From assembly GCA_016933055.1 (NCBI GenBank), contig JAFGBS010000014.1, positions 182,568 to 214,567 of the forward strand: a stretch of 32,000 nt of DNA, in the 5' to 3' direction. A program made the position numbers and the translations under genes. The DNA is from Promethearchaeota archaeon. GTDB lineage: Archaea > Asgardarchaeota > Lokiarchaeia > Sigyniarchaeales > Promethearchaeaceae. This document shows positions 7,433 to 17,040 of this stretch, one piece after another (positions within the stretch are counted from its first letter, which is position 1; each line of letters opens with the position of its first letter). A model generated the notes under the pieces. The model saw only the letters and a program-made list of their open reading frames with translations, was not told the origin of the DNA and ran no database searches.

Positions 7433-10400
7433 ATGCGAGATTTAGGAAAACTCGATTCCCTCCAGTTGGAAGAGAGAATACTCAAGTGGTGGGAATGCGA
7501 AAACATATATGAATTAATTAAGCAAAATGAACCCGAAAAACGCGTTTGGCGTTTTATAGATGGTCCTCCCTACACAAGTGGGGATGTGCATCTTGGAACT
7601 GCTTGGAACAAAATAATGAAAGACTTATTGATACGTTACAAGCGAATGCGGGGCTATAAGGTACTGGACACCCCCGGATATGATACACACGGGCTCCCAA
7701 TTGAAGTCGTAATGGAAAAGAAGCTCAATATTCACAACAAACAAGAGATTATCGATTACGGCTTAGATAAATTTATTGAAGAATGTCGTAAATATGCAAA
7801 AAGCATGATTCCCATAATGAATGAACAATTCAAGAGATTGGGTTGCTCATTTTGGGATTGGGAACACCCCTATGTCACCTATGAAAATACATACTTACAA
7901 GGTGCATGGTGGACATTAAAAAAGGCACATGAAAATGGATATTTATATAAATTCTATAAACCTCAGAATTGCTGCCCCAGATGCGCCACAGCATTAGCGA
8001 AGCATGAATTTGAATATGCAAATATAAAAGATACAGCCATTTTCGTAAAGTTCCAGACCATTGAGGACCCCAAAACCTTTTTTGTGATTTGGACAACAAC
8101 TCCGTGGACTCTTGTTGCTAACACCAATATTATGGTCAACCCCGATATTGAATACGTGGAGATGCGTGTAAAGGATGAAACGTGGATAATGGGGATAGCT
8201 GCTACCACAAATTTGCTGCAAAACAAGATGGGATTACCTTTAAACAAAGATGAGGGATTTTCCTACGGTAGGAGATTCAATGGTAGAGAATTGGAAGGAA
8301 AACGCTATATCCATCCTCTTGGGGATGAAGTTCCAATGCAAGCGGAACTTGAGAAGAAACAGCCCAAAGTACATACCGTGGTTCTCAGTTCGGAATTTGT
8401 ATCGGAAGGGGAGGGTTCGGGTCTTGTGCATACCGCCCCCGGTCACGGACCTGAAGATTTTGAAGTAGGTGTCAGAAACGAAATTCCCATTTTTAATCCT
8501 GTAGATCTCTCCGGAAATTATACTGAGGAAGGAGGATATTTCGAGGGGAAAAATGTTGCGGACACGAATGAAGAAATTATCGATATCTTACATAAGAAAG
8601 GTACTTTGCTTCATCAAGAGGAAATCGTACACGAATATGCTCATTGTTGGAGATGCAAAACAAAATTAGTGTACCGTGCTACCGAACAGTGGTTTCTTTC
8701 TTCCTCTGCGATTAAAGATCGAATGATCGAACTGAACCAAGATGTTTATTGGATCCCCGACCAAGCAGGACATTTACAGTTTGAGTCATGGTTGCAAAAT
8801 CTTCAAGATTGGTGTATATCTCGACAGAGATATTGGGGAATTCCTATACCGATCTGGGAATGTACAAATGAAAATTGCGACCATCTAGAAGTAATTGGTA
8901 CTGCAGAGGAGTTGGAACAAAAAGCAGGTAAGATCCCGGAAGATTTGCATAAACCTTGGATCGACGAAGTCGAGCTTCGATGCGATAAATGTGAAGGTGT
9001 CATGAAACGAATTTCCGATGTTCTGGACGTATGGTTTGATTCGGGATCGGTGATGTGGGCAGCTCAAAAATTCTATGACGGGTACATTCATTACGATACA
9101 TGGGAAAAAGCTGATTTTATCATAGAGGGAAAGGATCAAATACGCGGCTGGTTTAACTCATTACTTGGGTGCGCGGTATTAACTTCTGACCGCCGTAGTT
9201 ATGATGCTTGCTATATGCACGGATGGGTTTTATCCCATGGTATTAAGATGTCTAAATCTCTCGGAAATAAAGTGGAACCGAGAGATGTGATCGAGGGAAA
9301 AGTAGAGATCCTTACAGAGCGGCAAAAAGAGCTGCTTCGTGAAGAAGCCCGAGAAATAGAAGCTTCCAAATTTGAAAAAACAAAAAAAAATTTAACTAAG
9401 ACACGAATTTCTAAGAGAAAAAAGAAATATATCAAAGATGATAAACGCTGGTCAGATATCAAGGGAATTGAAACATTTAGGTTTTATTGTGTGACTGCAG
9501 CTGCGCCAGGTGCTGATTTCAGCTTCAACTATAAAGAATATGTGGATTCATATAAAGTGTTGAATACATTATGGAATTCATATGTATTCGCTCAGGAAAA
9601 AATGAGTTTAAACGAGTTCGATCCCCTCAAACACAAATTCAAATGGGAGGATTTAACCCTCGAAGATAAATGGATAATTTCCAAAACGAATGTAGTAATA
9701 AAGGAATTATCTCAGATCTTAGATTCCTATGAGCTTCCGAAATTTCCACAAAGGTTACAAGATTTTATCCTAAATGATGTATCTAGATGGTATATCACCT
9801 TAATACGAGAAAAAGTTGAACCCCGTAGTGAGGATCCCCTTAAAATTCAGACCCTTGCTGTATTATGGTATGTATTACATCGACTTTTACTGGTATTATC
9901 CCCTTTAAATCCGATGATTACAGAAGAAATTTATCAAAAAATGTTTGTAGATCATTTAAAAAATCCGAAGAAATCAGTACATCTCGAGAAATGGCCAAGA
10001 ATTCAAACTAAGCGAATTAATTCGGAAATTGAAGAACAGATGGAACTTAGTCGTCAAATTATAGAGGCAGTTCGTTCATTGAAAGCTGATAATAAAATTA
10101 AATTACGTTGGCCTACCAAAGGTTTGATTATTGTTCCAAAAAAGAATATTCCAGATTTACAATTGATGGAGTTGATACAGAATATGGCTAATGTGAAAAC
10201 TGTACGAATAGCCAAAGAGACTCCCGAAGGCAAGAATTACACATCTGTAGACCATGTTATAGGAAAATTGATTTTAGATCTTAATGACACTGTAGAATTG
10301 CAACGTGAACGTATTTTAAGGGATTTACTTCGCACATTACAACATTTACGAAAAATAAATGATCTAAAAACTGGTGAACCAATTCAAGTCATCCTAGCTA

Positions 10401-10684
10401 CGAAATCCGATTTCGCATTTGATACATTACAGCAAAATGAACCGGAAATTCGATCGAAGATCTCTGCGGAATCTTTTACTATTGAAAGAGAAATTCACTC
10501 GGAAGAAAACGGATGGATACATCACCAATTTTATTTCTGTTTGAATAAGGGATGTTATGCAAGTATCCGGAAAAAGCACATCGATAAAATACGCGAGGGA
10601 AAGGACTATAGTTGTGATTATTGTGAAAAACTAGTGACTGAAGAAAATCTTGGAGAGATTGACATAAGATTTAAAAAATTATGA
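7433..10684 (+). CDS. ileS: Isoleucyl-tRNA synthetase, archaeal/eukaryotic type
   Basis: DGPPYTSGDVHLGTAWNK (HIGH region), WTTTPWTL editing motif, GSGLVHTAPGHGPED, DWCISRQRYWGIPIP, EGKDQIRGWF and KMSKSLGN; 1083 aa. Confidence 0.97.
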   Translation: MRDLGKLDSLQLEERILKWWECENIYELIKQNEPEKRVWRFIDGPPYTSGDVHLGTAWNKIMKDLLIRYKRMRGYKVLDTPGYDTHGLPIEVVMEKKLNIHNKQEIIDYGLDKFIEECRKYAKSMIPIMNEQFKRLGCSFWDWEHPYVTYENTYLQGAWWTLKKAHENGYLYKFYKPQNCCPRCATALAKHEFEYANIKDTAIFVKFQTIEDPKTFFVIWTTTPWTLVANTNIMVNPDIEYVEMRVKDETWIMGIAATTNLLQNKMGLPLNKDEGFSYGRRFNGRELEGKRYIHPLGDEVPMQAELEKKQPKVHTVVLSSEFVSEGEGSGLVHTAPGHGPEDFEVGVRNEIPIFNPVDLSGNYTEEGGYFEGKNVADTNEEIIDILHKKGTLLHQEEIVHEYAHCWRCKTKLVYRATEQWFLSSSAIKDRMIELNQDVYWIPDQAGHLQFESWLQNLQDWCISRQRYWGIPIPIWECTNENCDHLEVIGTAEELEQKAGKIPEDLHKPWIDEVELRCDKCEGVMKRISDVLDVWFDSGSVMWAAQKFYDGYIHYDTWEKADFIIEGKDQIRGWFNSLLGCAVLTSDRRSYDACYMHGWVLSHGIKMSKSLGNKVEPRDVIEGKVEILTERQKELLREEAREIEASKFEKTKKNLTKTRISKRKKKYIKDDKRWSDIKGIETFRFYCVTAAAPGADFSFNYKEYVDSYKVLNTLWNSYVFAQEKMSLNEFDPLKHKFKWEDLTLEDKWIISKTNVVIKELSQILDSYELPKFPQRLQDFILNDVSRWYITLIREKVEPRSEDPLKIQTLAVLWYVLHRLLLVLSPLNPMITEEIYQKMFVDHLKNPKKSVHLEKWPRIQTKRINSEIEEQMELSRQIIEAVRSLKADNKIKLRWPTKGLIIVPKKNIPDLQLMELIQNMANVKTVRIAKETPEGKNYTSVDHVIGKLILDLNDTVELQRERILRDLLRTLQHLRKINDLKTGEPIQVILATKSDFAFDTLQQNEPEIRSKISAESFTIEREIHSEENGWIHHQFYFCLNKGCYASIRKKHIDKIREGKDYSCDYCEKLVTEENLGEIDIRFKKL

Positions 10685-10695
10685 GAATTCGCTTC

Positions 10696-11874
10696 CTAAA
10701 TTTTTATTTTATATATTTCCTCTTGTTTTGGTCCCGTAACTATTACTTCTCGATTTTCCGAAATATAGACATTGACTTCACTTCTAATTCCGATTTTTTC
10801 CTCAGGTATATAGATGCCGGGTTCAATGGAATGCAAAATCCCAGGAATTACTCTTCGAGTGTCTTTAGTTTCTAAAGAATCCAAGTTCACTGCGTTGCCA
10901 TGGGTTTCACGACCAATAGAGTGACCTAATCGATGGGTGAAATACTGACCAAATCCTCTTTTTGTTATATAGTCCCGTGCTACTTGGTCAATTTCCCATC
11001 CAGCGACGGATAGGCCAGATTGTATTTTTTCGGTTTCAAAATGAATAGCTTTATCTCTTGCTTTTATCACAACATCCCAGATTTCTTGAATTCGAGGTGG
11101 GATCACCTCACCGACATATGCCATTCTCGTAATATCGACATAAACGGAATCTTGATCTTTGAACTTAGCCCAGGAATCAATTAGAACCAAATCTCCTTCT
11201 TGAATTATGGACGAATTCTTATTTGGAATATAGTGAGGATCTGTTGCATGGTCATTAACAGCAACAATAGGACTCACATCAGTTACTAATCCATATTCAC
11301 GGTATTTTTTCTGGATCAATCGGTGAATATCGTATTCGGTAACAGATTCTTTTGTTTGCAGTAAATTACCAATCTCTTCGAACGCATTTGTTGTGATTCG
11401 ATGCATAATCACACTGGCTTTTTTATGAGTTTCGAATGCCTTTTCAGTAACTAAACCTTCAAATTCTTGAATAAGGTCTTGAGCACTTACCACTTCTACT
11501 CCGATACTTCGAATTAAATCTATTGTCCCCCCATCCACAATCGATACATAGGGTACGTCACCTAAAGGACTGTAATGCATCGCTACTCGATTATGTTGGT
11601 GCAATATAGATTGTAAAGTAGTGTGTAAATCTTGCCATTTGATAATCACATACTTTTCTCCTGGCAATGTGTCTAAAACATGGGGTTCGACAGAACTAAC
11701 TATTTTCTGCGGTGTTCCTTGAGCGGGTATGAAATAAAACCAGCGACGAGTACAGACCGGATTTCCTAGTCCTAATATACGATAGGATAATGGATCTCTC
11801 CCATGAAAATCATAGAATAACCATCCATCTATATTCTGGTCATGCAAAGCATTCTGTATTTGATTTACATCCAT
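10696..11874 (-). CDS. M24 family Xaa-Pro aminopeptidase / prolidase-like
   Basis: Pita-bread-fold metal ligands present in order: LIDSW, YVDITR, HRLGHSIG, SIEPGIY and IRSEVN. N-terminal creatinase-like domain. Confidence 0.93.
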   Translation of the reverse strand: MDVNQIQNALHDQNIDGWLFYDFHGRDPLSYRILGLGNPVCTRRWFYFIPAQGTPQKIVSSVEPHVLDTLPGEKYVIIKWQDLHTTLQSILHQHNRVAMHYSPLGDVPYVSIVDGGTIDLIRSIGVEVVSAQDLIQEFEGLVTEKAFETHKKASVIMHRITTNAFEEIGNLLQTKESVTEYDIHRLIQKKYREYGLVTDVSPIVAVNDHATDPHYIPNKNSSIIQEGDLVLIDSWAKFKDQDSVYVDITRMAYVGEVIPPRIQEIWDVVIKARDKAIHFETEKIQSGLSVAGWEIDQVARDYITKRGFGQYFTHRLGHSIGRETHGNAVNLDSLETKDTRRVIPGILHSIEPGIYIPEEKIGIRSEVNVYISENREVIVTGPKQEEIYKIKI

Positions 11875-11909
11875 GATACAAAAAAGGAAGAAATAAGAAA
11901 AAAGGTTGT

Positions 11910-14567
11910 TTATTCGCGAGGGAAAAGTATTTGTGCCTGTGCTGCTGATAATCTTGCAACTGGAATACGGAATGGCGAGCAGCTCACATAGTTCAAACCT
12001 ATTTTATGACAGAATTCTACGCTAGCAGGGTCTCCCCCATGTTCTCCGCAGATTCCTATTTCAAGATCTGGACGAGTGTTTCTGCCTTCCTTAACTCCCA
12101 TCTTCATAAGTTTTCCAACCCCAATCTGATCAAGGGATGCAAAAGGATTTTCTTCCAATATTCCCTTTTCCAAATAAAACGGGATGAATTTTCCTTCAGC
12201 ATCATCCCGGGAAAAACCTAATGTCATCTGAGTTAAATCGTTTGTACCGAATGAGAAGAATTCTGCTTCTTGCGCAATCTCATCCGCAGTTAATGCAGCA
12301 CGTGGAATTTCGATCATTGTTCCAAACATGTAGTGTAATTCCACACCAGATTCCCTGATGATTCTATCTGCGATTTTCTTCAATCCTTCTTTTACGGGTT
12401 TTAATTCCGAGATAAAACCGATTAAGGGGATCATAACTTCAGGATATACTTCTACTCCTTCTTTTTTCAACTCGACTGCAGCTTCAAATATAGCTTCCAC
12501 TTGCATATCGTTGATTTCTGGCCATTTCAATCCTAAACGACAACCCCGTAATCCCAACATTGGATTAGATTCGTGCAATCCCGAAACTAATTCAAGCATT
12601 TTCTCTTTTTCTTCTAATTCTGCTTTTACATCCTCGCCGTTTTTTACGCGGTATCGTAATAATGAAACTTCTGTAGTAATTGAGGTATAATCTGGAAGAA
12701 ATTCATGCAATGGAGGATCCAATAACCGGATGATAACTGGTTTTCCCGCCATGATTCGAAAGATACCTTTAAAATCTTCTTTCTGCATGGGTTTGATCTT
12801 TTCAAGTGCTTTTTTTCGTTCATCCGTACTTTTAGCTATAATCATTTCTCGAACCACAGGTAAACGCTCGGGAGCCATGAACATATGTTCTGTCCGTGCT
12901 AATCCTATCCCTTCAGCACCGAACTTGATTGCGTTTTTTGTGTCGGGGATTGTTTCTGAATTCGCATATACTCCAAGCTTACGAATCTCATCCGCCATCG
13001 CAAGTAATTCGTCAAATTCTCCACTAATTTCTGGTTCTAAGAGAGGAGCAGCTCCCTTGACTACTAATCCCGTGGATCCGTCAATAGTAATTACATCCCC
13101 CTCTTTGAATACTTGATTGTTTACACGAAAGAGTTTCTTTTTCACATCGATGAATAAATCACTAGCTCCACACACTGCAGGTTTTCCCATCCCTCGAGCA
13201 ACAACAGCTGCATGTGAAGTTTTCCCTCCATGAACAGTTAATACACCCTCAGAAGCCATTAACCCATGGATATCATCCGGTTTAGTTTCGGGACGGACTA
13301 AGATTACTTTTTTCCCTTGATTTGACCAGGTTTCTGCATCCTCCGGTTCGAATACAATTTGACCGGACACAGCTCCGGGAGATGCATTTATCCCCTTTGT
13401 AAGAAGTTCGTAGGTGGATTTTTCATCAATCCTTTTAAATAATAATCCAGTTAATTTATCCGCATCTACTCTAAGAATTGCTTCTTCTTTGGTAATTAAT
13501 TCTTCTTTCATCATATCTATTGCAATTTTTACCATCGCAACAGGAGTTCGTTTTCCATTTCGGGTTTGAAGAAGATAGAGGTTTCCTTCCTGAACGGTAA
13601 ATTCAATATCTTGCATATCCTTATAATGATTCTCCAATTTTTCCATAAGAGTTGTGAGTTCTGTATAAGTAGCGGGGAATTCCTCTTCCATATCACTGAG
13701 TTTTTTTGGAGTTCTAATACCCGCAACAACGTCCTCCCCTTGGGCGTTTGTAAGATATTCACCCATAAATTGTTTCTCACCTGTAGCGGGATCACGTGTA
13801 AATGCAACACCTGTCAAAGACGTGTTTCCCATATTCCCAAATACCATTTGTTGGATATTTACAGCGGTTCCAAAATTAGGGATACGGTTGAATTTTCGAT
13901 AATATACGGCTCGGGGACTATTCCATGAATCAAACACCGCACGTATTGATTTATATAATTGTTCTTTCGGATTATCTGGAAAATCTTCCCCAATCTTTTC
14001 TTTGTAAAGGATCTTATATTTCTGTATAATCTCTCTCAAGTGAGGGATTGTTAAATCCGTATCTTTTGCATTGGAACCGATTTTACTTTTAACCTCTTGC
14101 AGTATGTGCTCAAAATCATCATGATCGATTCCCATTACCACATCCCCGAACATTTGAATAAATCTCCGGTAAGCATCCAAGGCAAATCGCTCATTTCCCG
14201 TTTTCTTTACAAGCGCTTCTAAGTTTTTTTCAGTCAATCCAAGATTTAATACCGTATCCATCATGCCAGGCATGGACATGGGTGCCCCGCTTCTAACACT
14301 AACTAATAACGGATCTTCATTGTCATTAAATTTTTTACCAGCTAATTTCTCTAAGTTTTTTAACGCAGCCTCCACTTTGGGAGTAATTTCTTCCAAAAAT
14401 TTAGGATTTTTGAAGAATTCCAGACAAGCTTGACATGTAATAGTAAATCCCTGCGGAATGGGAATCTTAAGTTTAGTCATCTCGGCAAGATTAGCTCCTT
14501 TTCCACCGAGTGTATTTTTAAGTTCCTTCGATCCTTCCGAAAACATATAAACATATTTTTCTGCCAT
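11910..14567 (-). CDS. ppdK: Pyruvate, phosphate dikinase
   Basis: LGGKGANLAEM, VSVRSGAPMSMPGMMDTVLNLG, phospho-His motif GGKTSHAAVVARG, FSFGTNDLTQ and GICGEHGGDP. ATG at 14567 (MAEKYVY). Confidence 0.98.
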   Translation of the reverse strand: MAEKYVYMFSEGSKELKNTLGGKGANLAEMTKLKIPIPQGFTITCQACLEFFKNPKFLEEITPKVEAALKNLEKLAGKKFNDNEDPLLVSVRSGAPMSMPGMMDTVLNLGLTEKNLEALVKKTGNERFALDAYRRFIQMFGDVVMGIDHDDFEHILQEVKSKIGSNAKDTDLTIPHLREIIQKYKILYKEKIGEDFPDNPKEQLYKSIRAVFDSWNSPRAVYYRKFNRIPNFGTAVNIQQMVFGNMGNTSLTGVAFTRDPATGEKQFMGEYLTNAQGEDVVAGIRTPKKLSDMEEEFPATYTELTTLMEKLENHYKDMQDIEFTVQEGNLYLLQTRNGKRTPVAMVKIAIDMMKEELITKEEAILRVDADKLTGLLFKRIDEKSTYELLTKGINASPGAVSGQIVFEPEDAETWSNQGKKVILVRPETKPDDIHGLMASEGVLTVHGGKTSHAAVVARGMGKPAVCGASDLFIDVKKKLFRVNNQVFKEGDVITIDGSTGLVVKGAAPLLEPEISGEFDELLAMADEIRKLGVYANSETIPDTKNAIKFGAEGIGLARTEHMFMAPERLPVVREMIIAKSTDERKKALEKIKPMQKEDFKGIFRIMAGKPVIIRLLDPPLHEFLPDYTSITTEVSLLRYRVKNGEDVKAELEEKEKMLELVSGLHESNPMLGLRGCRLGLKWPEINDMQVEAIFEAAVELKKEGVEVYPEVMIPLIGFISELKPVKEGLKKIADRIIRESGVELHYMFGTMIEIPRAALTADEIAQEAEFFSFGTNDLTQMTLGFSRDDAEGKFIPFYLEKGILEENPFASLDQIGVGKLMKMGVKEGRNTRPDLEIGICGEHGGDPASVEFCHKIGLNYVSCSPFRIPVARLSAAQAQILFPRE

Positions 14568-14764
14568 AAAAATCAATTTAATGTGATCATTTCTATCAGA
14601 ACTGATGAGTGTGCTTATTAATCAATTAAAAAAAAGTTTGCCTTAGTAAAAATAAGACATTTCCCTTGAAGATAGTTGAAAAATGTCATATCCAAATATT
14701 ATACTGGTATTTATTTTTAGGATAATCAAGTATACTAAATATAAAAACCGAGGATGCATCCGAA

Positions 14765-16681
14765 ATGATTGCACAACGGTATCGAACCCATTTGAAAAAA
14801 GTTTGTCCCGCGATAAATCAATGTATAGCTACAGCTAAGACTACTGATTCATTGTTTATAGTTACTGGAGATATCGAACACAATGTAACCGTTTATAATG
14901 AGCAGCTTGAACAGATTCAACAAATCCCTTTTAAAGGTTGGATCCGATGCTGTGATGCATACGATATTGATCACAATGGAAATCATGAAATTGCTATAGG
15001 TTCCGGAGATAATTCTGTACGTGTATTTCGCTATGAAGAAGAAATCGGATATTCTGAATTGTGGAGGTATGATTTTAACAATAAAGTCACCACCATTACG
15101 ATAGGGGATATTAATTATGATGGACGCGCGGAAGTTATCGCAGGTGGATGGGATAATTCTCTCAAAGTTTTTGATGGGTTGACCGGAGTTCTTCTTTGGG
15201 AATTGACTTTCGACGATTGGGTTACCCTTGCAAAAGTTTTGGATGTAAACCATGATGGATTACCAGAAGTTGTTGTAGGCTTAAAGAAAGGACAATTTGG
15301 AGTAATCAATGGAATCACTGGAGAATGTTTATGGGATCATTTATTCCAAAAAAGGATCAACGCATGTGATTTAGTTCATCTAGCCAACAATCCTTACCCT
15401 CACCTGCTTGCCGGAGGAGATGAAAACATATTATATATTTTCGATTTTGAGGGTAATTTGGTGAATAAATTGGAAACTCCAGATCGAATCTTGTGTATTT
15501 CTCACGGTGATATCAATAAGGACAACTACAATGAAGTACTTCTAACATTAGCAGACAAACGATTATATGTGTATGAAAGTGAAGAAACCGGATTACCAGA
15601 AAACACTTCCTTAAAAATCCGATGGAGAGCTACATTAGATAACGTGGGTATGGGGTTAGTCATGTCCGATCAATTTAAAGATAATATTCCTCGAATAATT
15701 GTTACGGGATATTCCAAGGATGTTCGTATTCTTGAGGATTTTTTTTATGGAGCTGATTCTCAGAGAATACAAATCGAAGATTCGAACTATATCCCCCCAA
15801 AATTATCGAATCATGAGAAAAAAATGCGAGATTTAATGGGAACGGATGTAGATTTAGAATTTTTTAACGAGCCGAATGCTTTTTTTTTTCCAAAAAAAAT
15901 TGAAACTTTGAATCAGCTTATTCCCTCACAATTTGAATCGAAATCGGAAAGCTTCACCTTCATGAATCTAAAGGAGATATATGAGAATAAGTATCTTCTG
16001 GAACGTCAAATCGAACAAATAAGGAATGAAAATTTAGGAAAAGCAAAACCATTAGTTACATTTCCATCCCGCATTTGTAATTTGAACGAAATTCATGACT
16101 ATAGCAACAAAATCGAGGTTCACACAAGTGTGATGAAATCGGTTTCACAAAAGTCCGAAAGCATACCTACAGTGGAGTCATATAACGAAACCGATACTTC
16201 TCTCAAGATAAAATTCATTGAGATATTAAATTCAACGGAAATCATCAGTTCTAAAGCAAAAATGCAAGACCTTATGGAAGAGAATGGATTTACTGAAGAA
16301 CAATTCGAAAGAATCTTCACGATATTAAAAGATGAAGAAGGTATACTGACGTATAGTCGTTCAACTCCTCGTGGATATAGCATCTCAGTACAAGAAGCTC
16401 CTGCCGAAATTACTGAATCTTCCGTTACGATTAAAATTGAAGAAAGAAAGACTGTTTCAATTGATATTGAACCGAAAGATAGAGGTTTGGGTCTTCCTAA
16501 TGAAGCTTTTTTCGACTTGATTAAAGAAAATCAGCCCGTCAGTTCAAAAGATAGACTTCTGGAACTTGCTGAATCTATTAATATTGACAAAAAAACTGCA
16601 GAACAATTAATTGAGCAATTTAAAGAACTTGGTGTAATAGAATACTCAAGAAGCACACCGCGTGGATGGTCTACTATTTAG
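14765..16681 (+). CDS. FG-GAP-like beta-propeller protein (BBS2/ITFG-like blades) with two C-terminal winged-helix-like repeats
   Basis: About 7 blades in the first ~330 aa, with D-x-[DN]-x-[DN]-G loops (DIDHNG, DINYDG, DVNHDG, DINKDN) followed by E-[IV]-x-x-G-x-x-D-x-x-[VL]-x-[VI]F. No signal peptide is visible. Two repeats end YSRSTPRGYSI and YSRSTPRGWSTI. Confidence 0.75.
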   Translation: MIAQRYRTHLKKVCPAINQCIATAKTTDSLFIVTGDIEHNVTVYNEQLEQIQQIPFKGWIRCCDAYDIDHNGNHEIAIGSGDNSVRVFRYEEEIGYSELWRYDFNNKVTTITIGDINYDGRAEVIAGGWDNSLKVFDGLTGVLLWELTFDDWVTLAKVLDVNHDGLPEVVVGLKKGQFGVINGITGECLWDHLFQKRINACDLVHLANNPYPHLLAGGDENILYIFDFEGNLVNKLETPDRILCISHGDINKDNYNEVLLTLADKRLYVYESEETGLPENTSLKIRWRATLDNVGMGLVMSDQFKDNIPRIIVTGYSKDVRILEDFFYGADSQRIQIEDSNYIPPKLSNHEKKMRDLMGTDVDLEFFNEPNAFFFPKKIETLNQLIPSQFESKSESFTFMNLKEIYENKYLLERQIEQIRNENLGKAKPLVTFPSRICNLNEIHDYSNKIEVHTSVMKSVSQKSESIPTVESYNETDTSLKIKFIEILNSTEIISSKAKMQDLMEENGFTEEQFERIFTILKDEEGILTYSRSTPRGYSISVQEAPAEITESSVTIKIEERKTVSIDIEPKDRGLGLPNEAFFDLIKENQPVSSKDRLLELAESINIDKKTAEQLIEQFKELGVIEYSRSTPRGWSTI

Positions 16682-16970
16682 ACTCACTTTCTAATTCTCT
16701 CTTCTCATCTATTTGCTTTTTCAATAGACCAAAAGTAGCATCAAAATACTGATCAACCAATGATAATTTTAGTAAAATTACTTTAATTCGCTTGACATCT
16801 TCTTCGGAGTTAATTTTTTCATACAATCTCAAAATACTGGAACATAAACGCTCTGCAGTGCTGAAATCTTGATTGTTATATAAATCCACTGCGATTTGTT
16901 CTAAATCTTTTGCAGATTGTCTGATAAATTCAATTTCGCTTTCTCTATCGGTTTCTTCGGAATCAGTCAA
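16674..16970 (-). CDS. Small helical, single-TPR-like hypothetical protein
   Basis: 98 aa, TTG start with AAGGTG at 16981-16986 (minus strand) 10 nt upstream. AVDLYNNQDFSTAERLCSSILRLYEK resembles a TPR helix pair. The stop overlaps the convergent gene by 8 nt. Confidence 0.5.
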   Translation of the reverse strand: MTDSEETDRESEIEFIRQSAKDLEQIAVDLYNNQDFSTAERLCSSILRLYEKINSEEDVKRIKVILLKLSLVDQYFDATFGLLKKQIDEKRELESESK

Positions 16971-16997
16971 TAGGAATTAACACCTTATATGATAATT

Positions 16998-17030
16998 AAA
17001 AAAAAATATATTAAGCCCGTTAATTCGGGC
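16998..17030 (-). terminator. GC hairpin followed by a T9 tract downstream of the 17041-19203 gene
   Basis: GCCCG-6 nt-CGGGC at 17015-17030, then T9 (A9 on the plus strand, 16998-17006). It starts 10 nt after the stop codon. Confidence 0.5.
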
Positions 17031-17040
17031 ATCGTAGAGT

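Noticed and set aside
9299-9463. IleRS insertion as an intein or intron
   Set aside because: There is no N-terminal Cys/Ser or C-terminal His-Asn intein signature, it is too short, and I could see no bulge-helix-bulge pairing at the borders.
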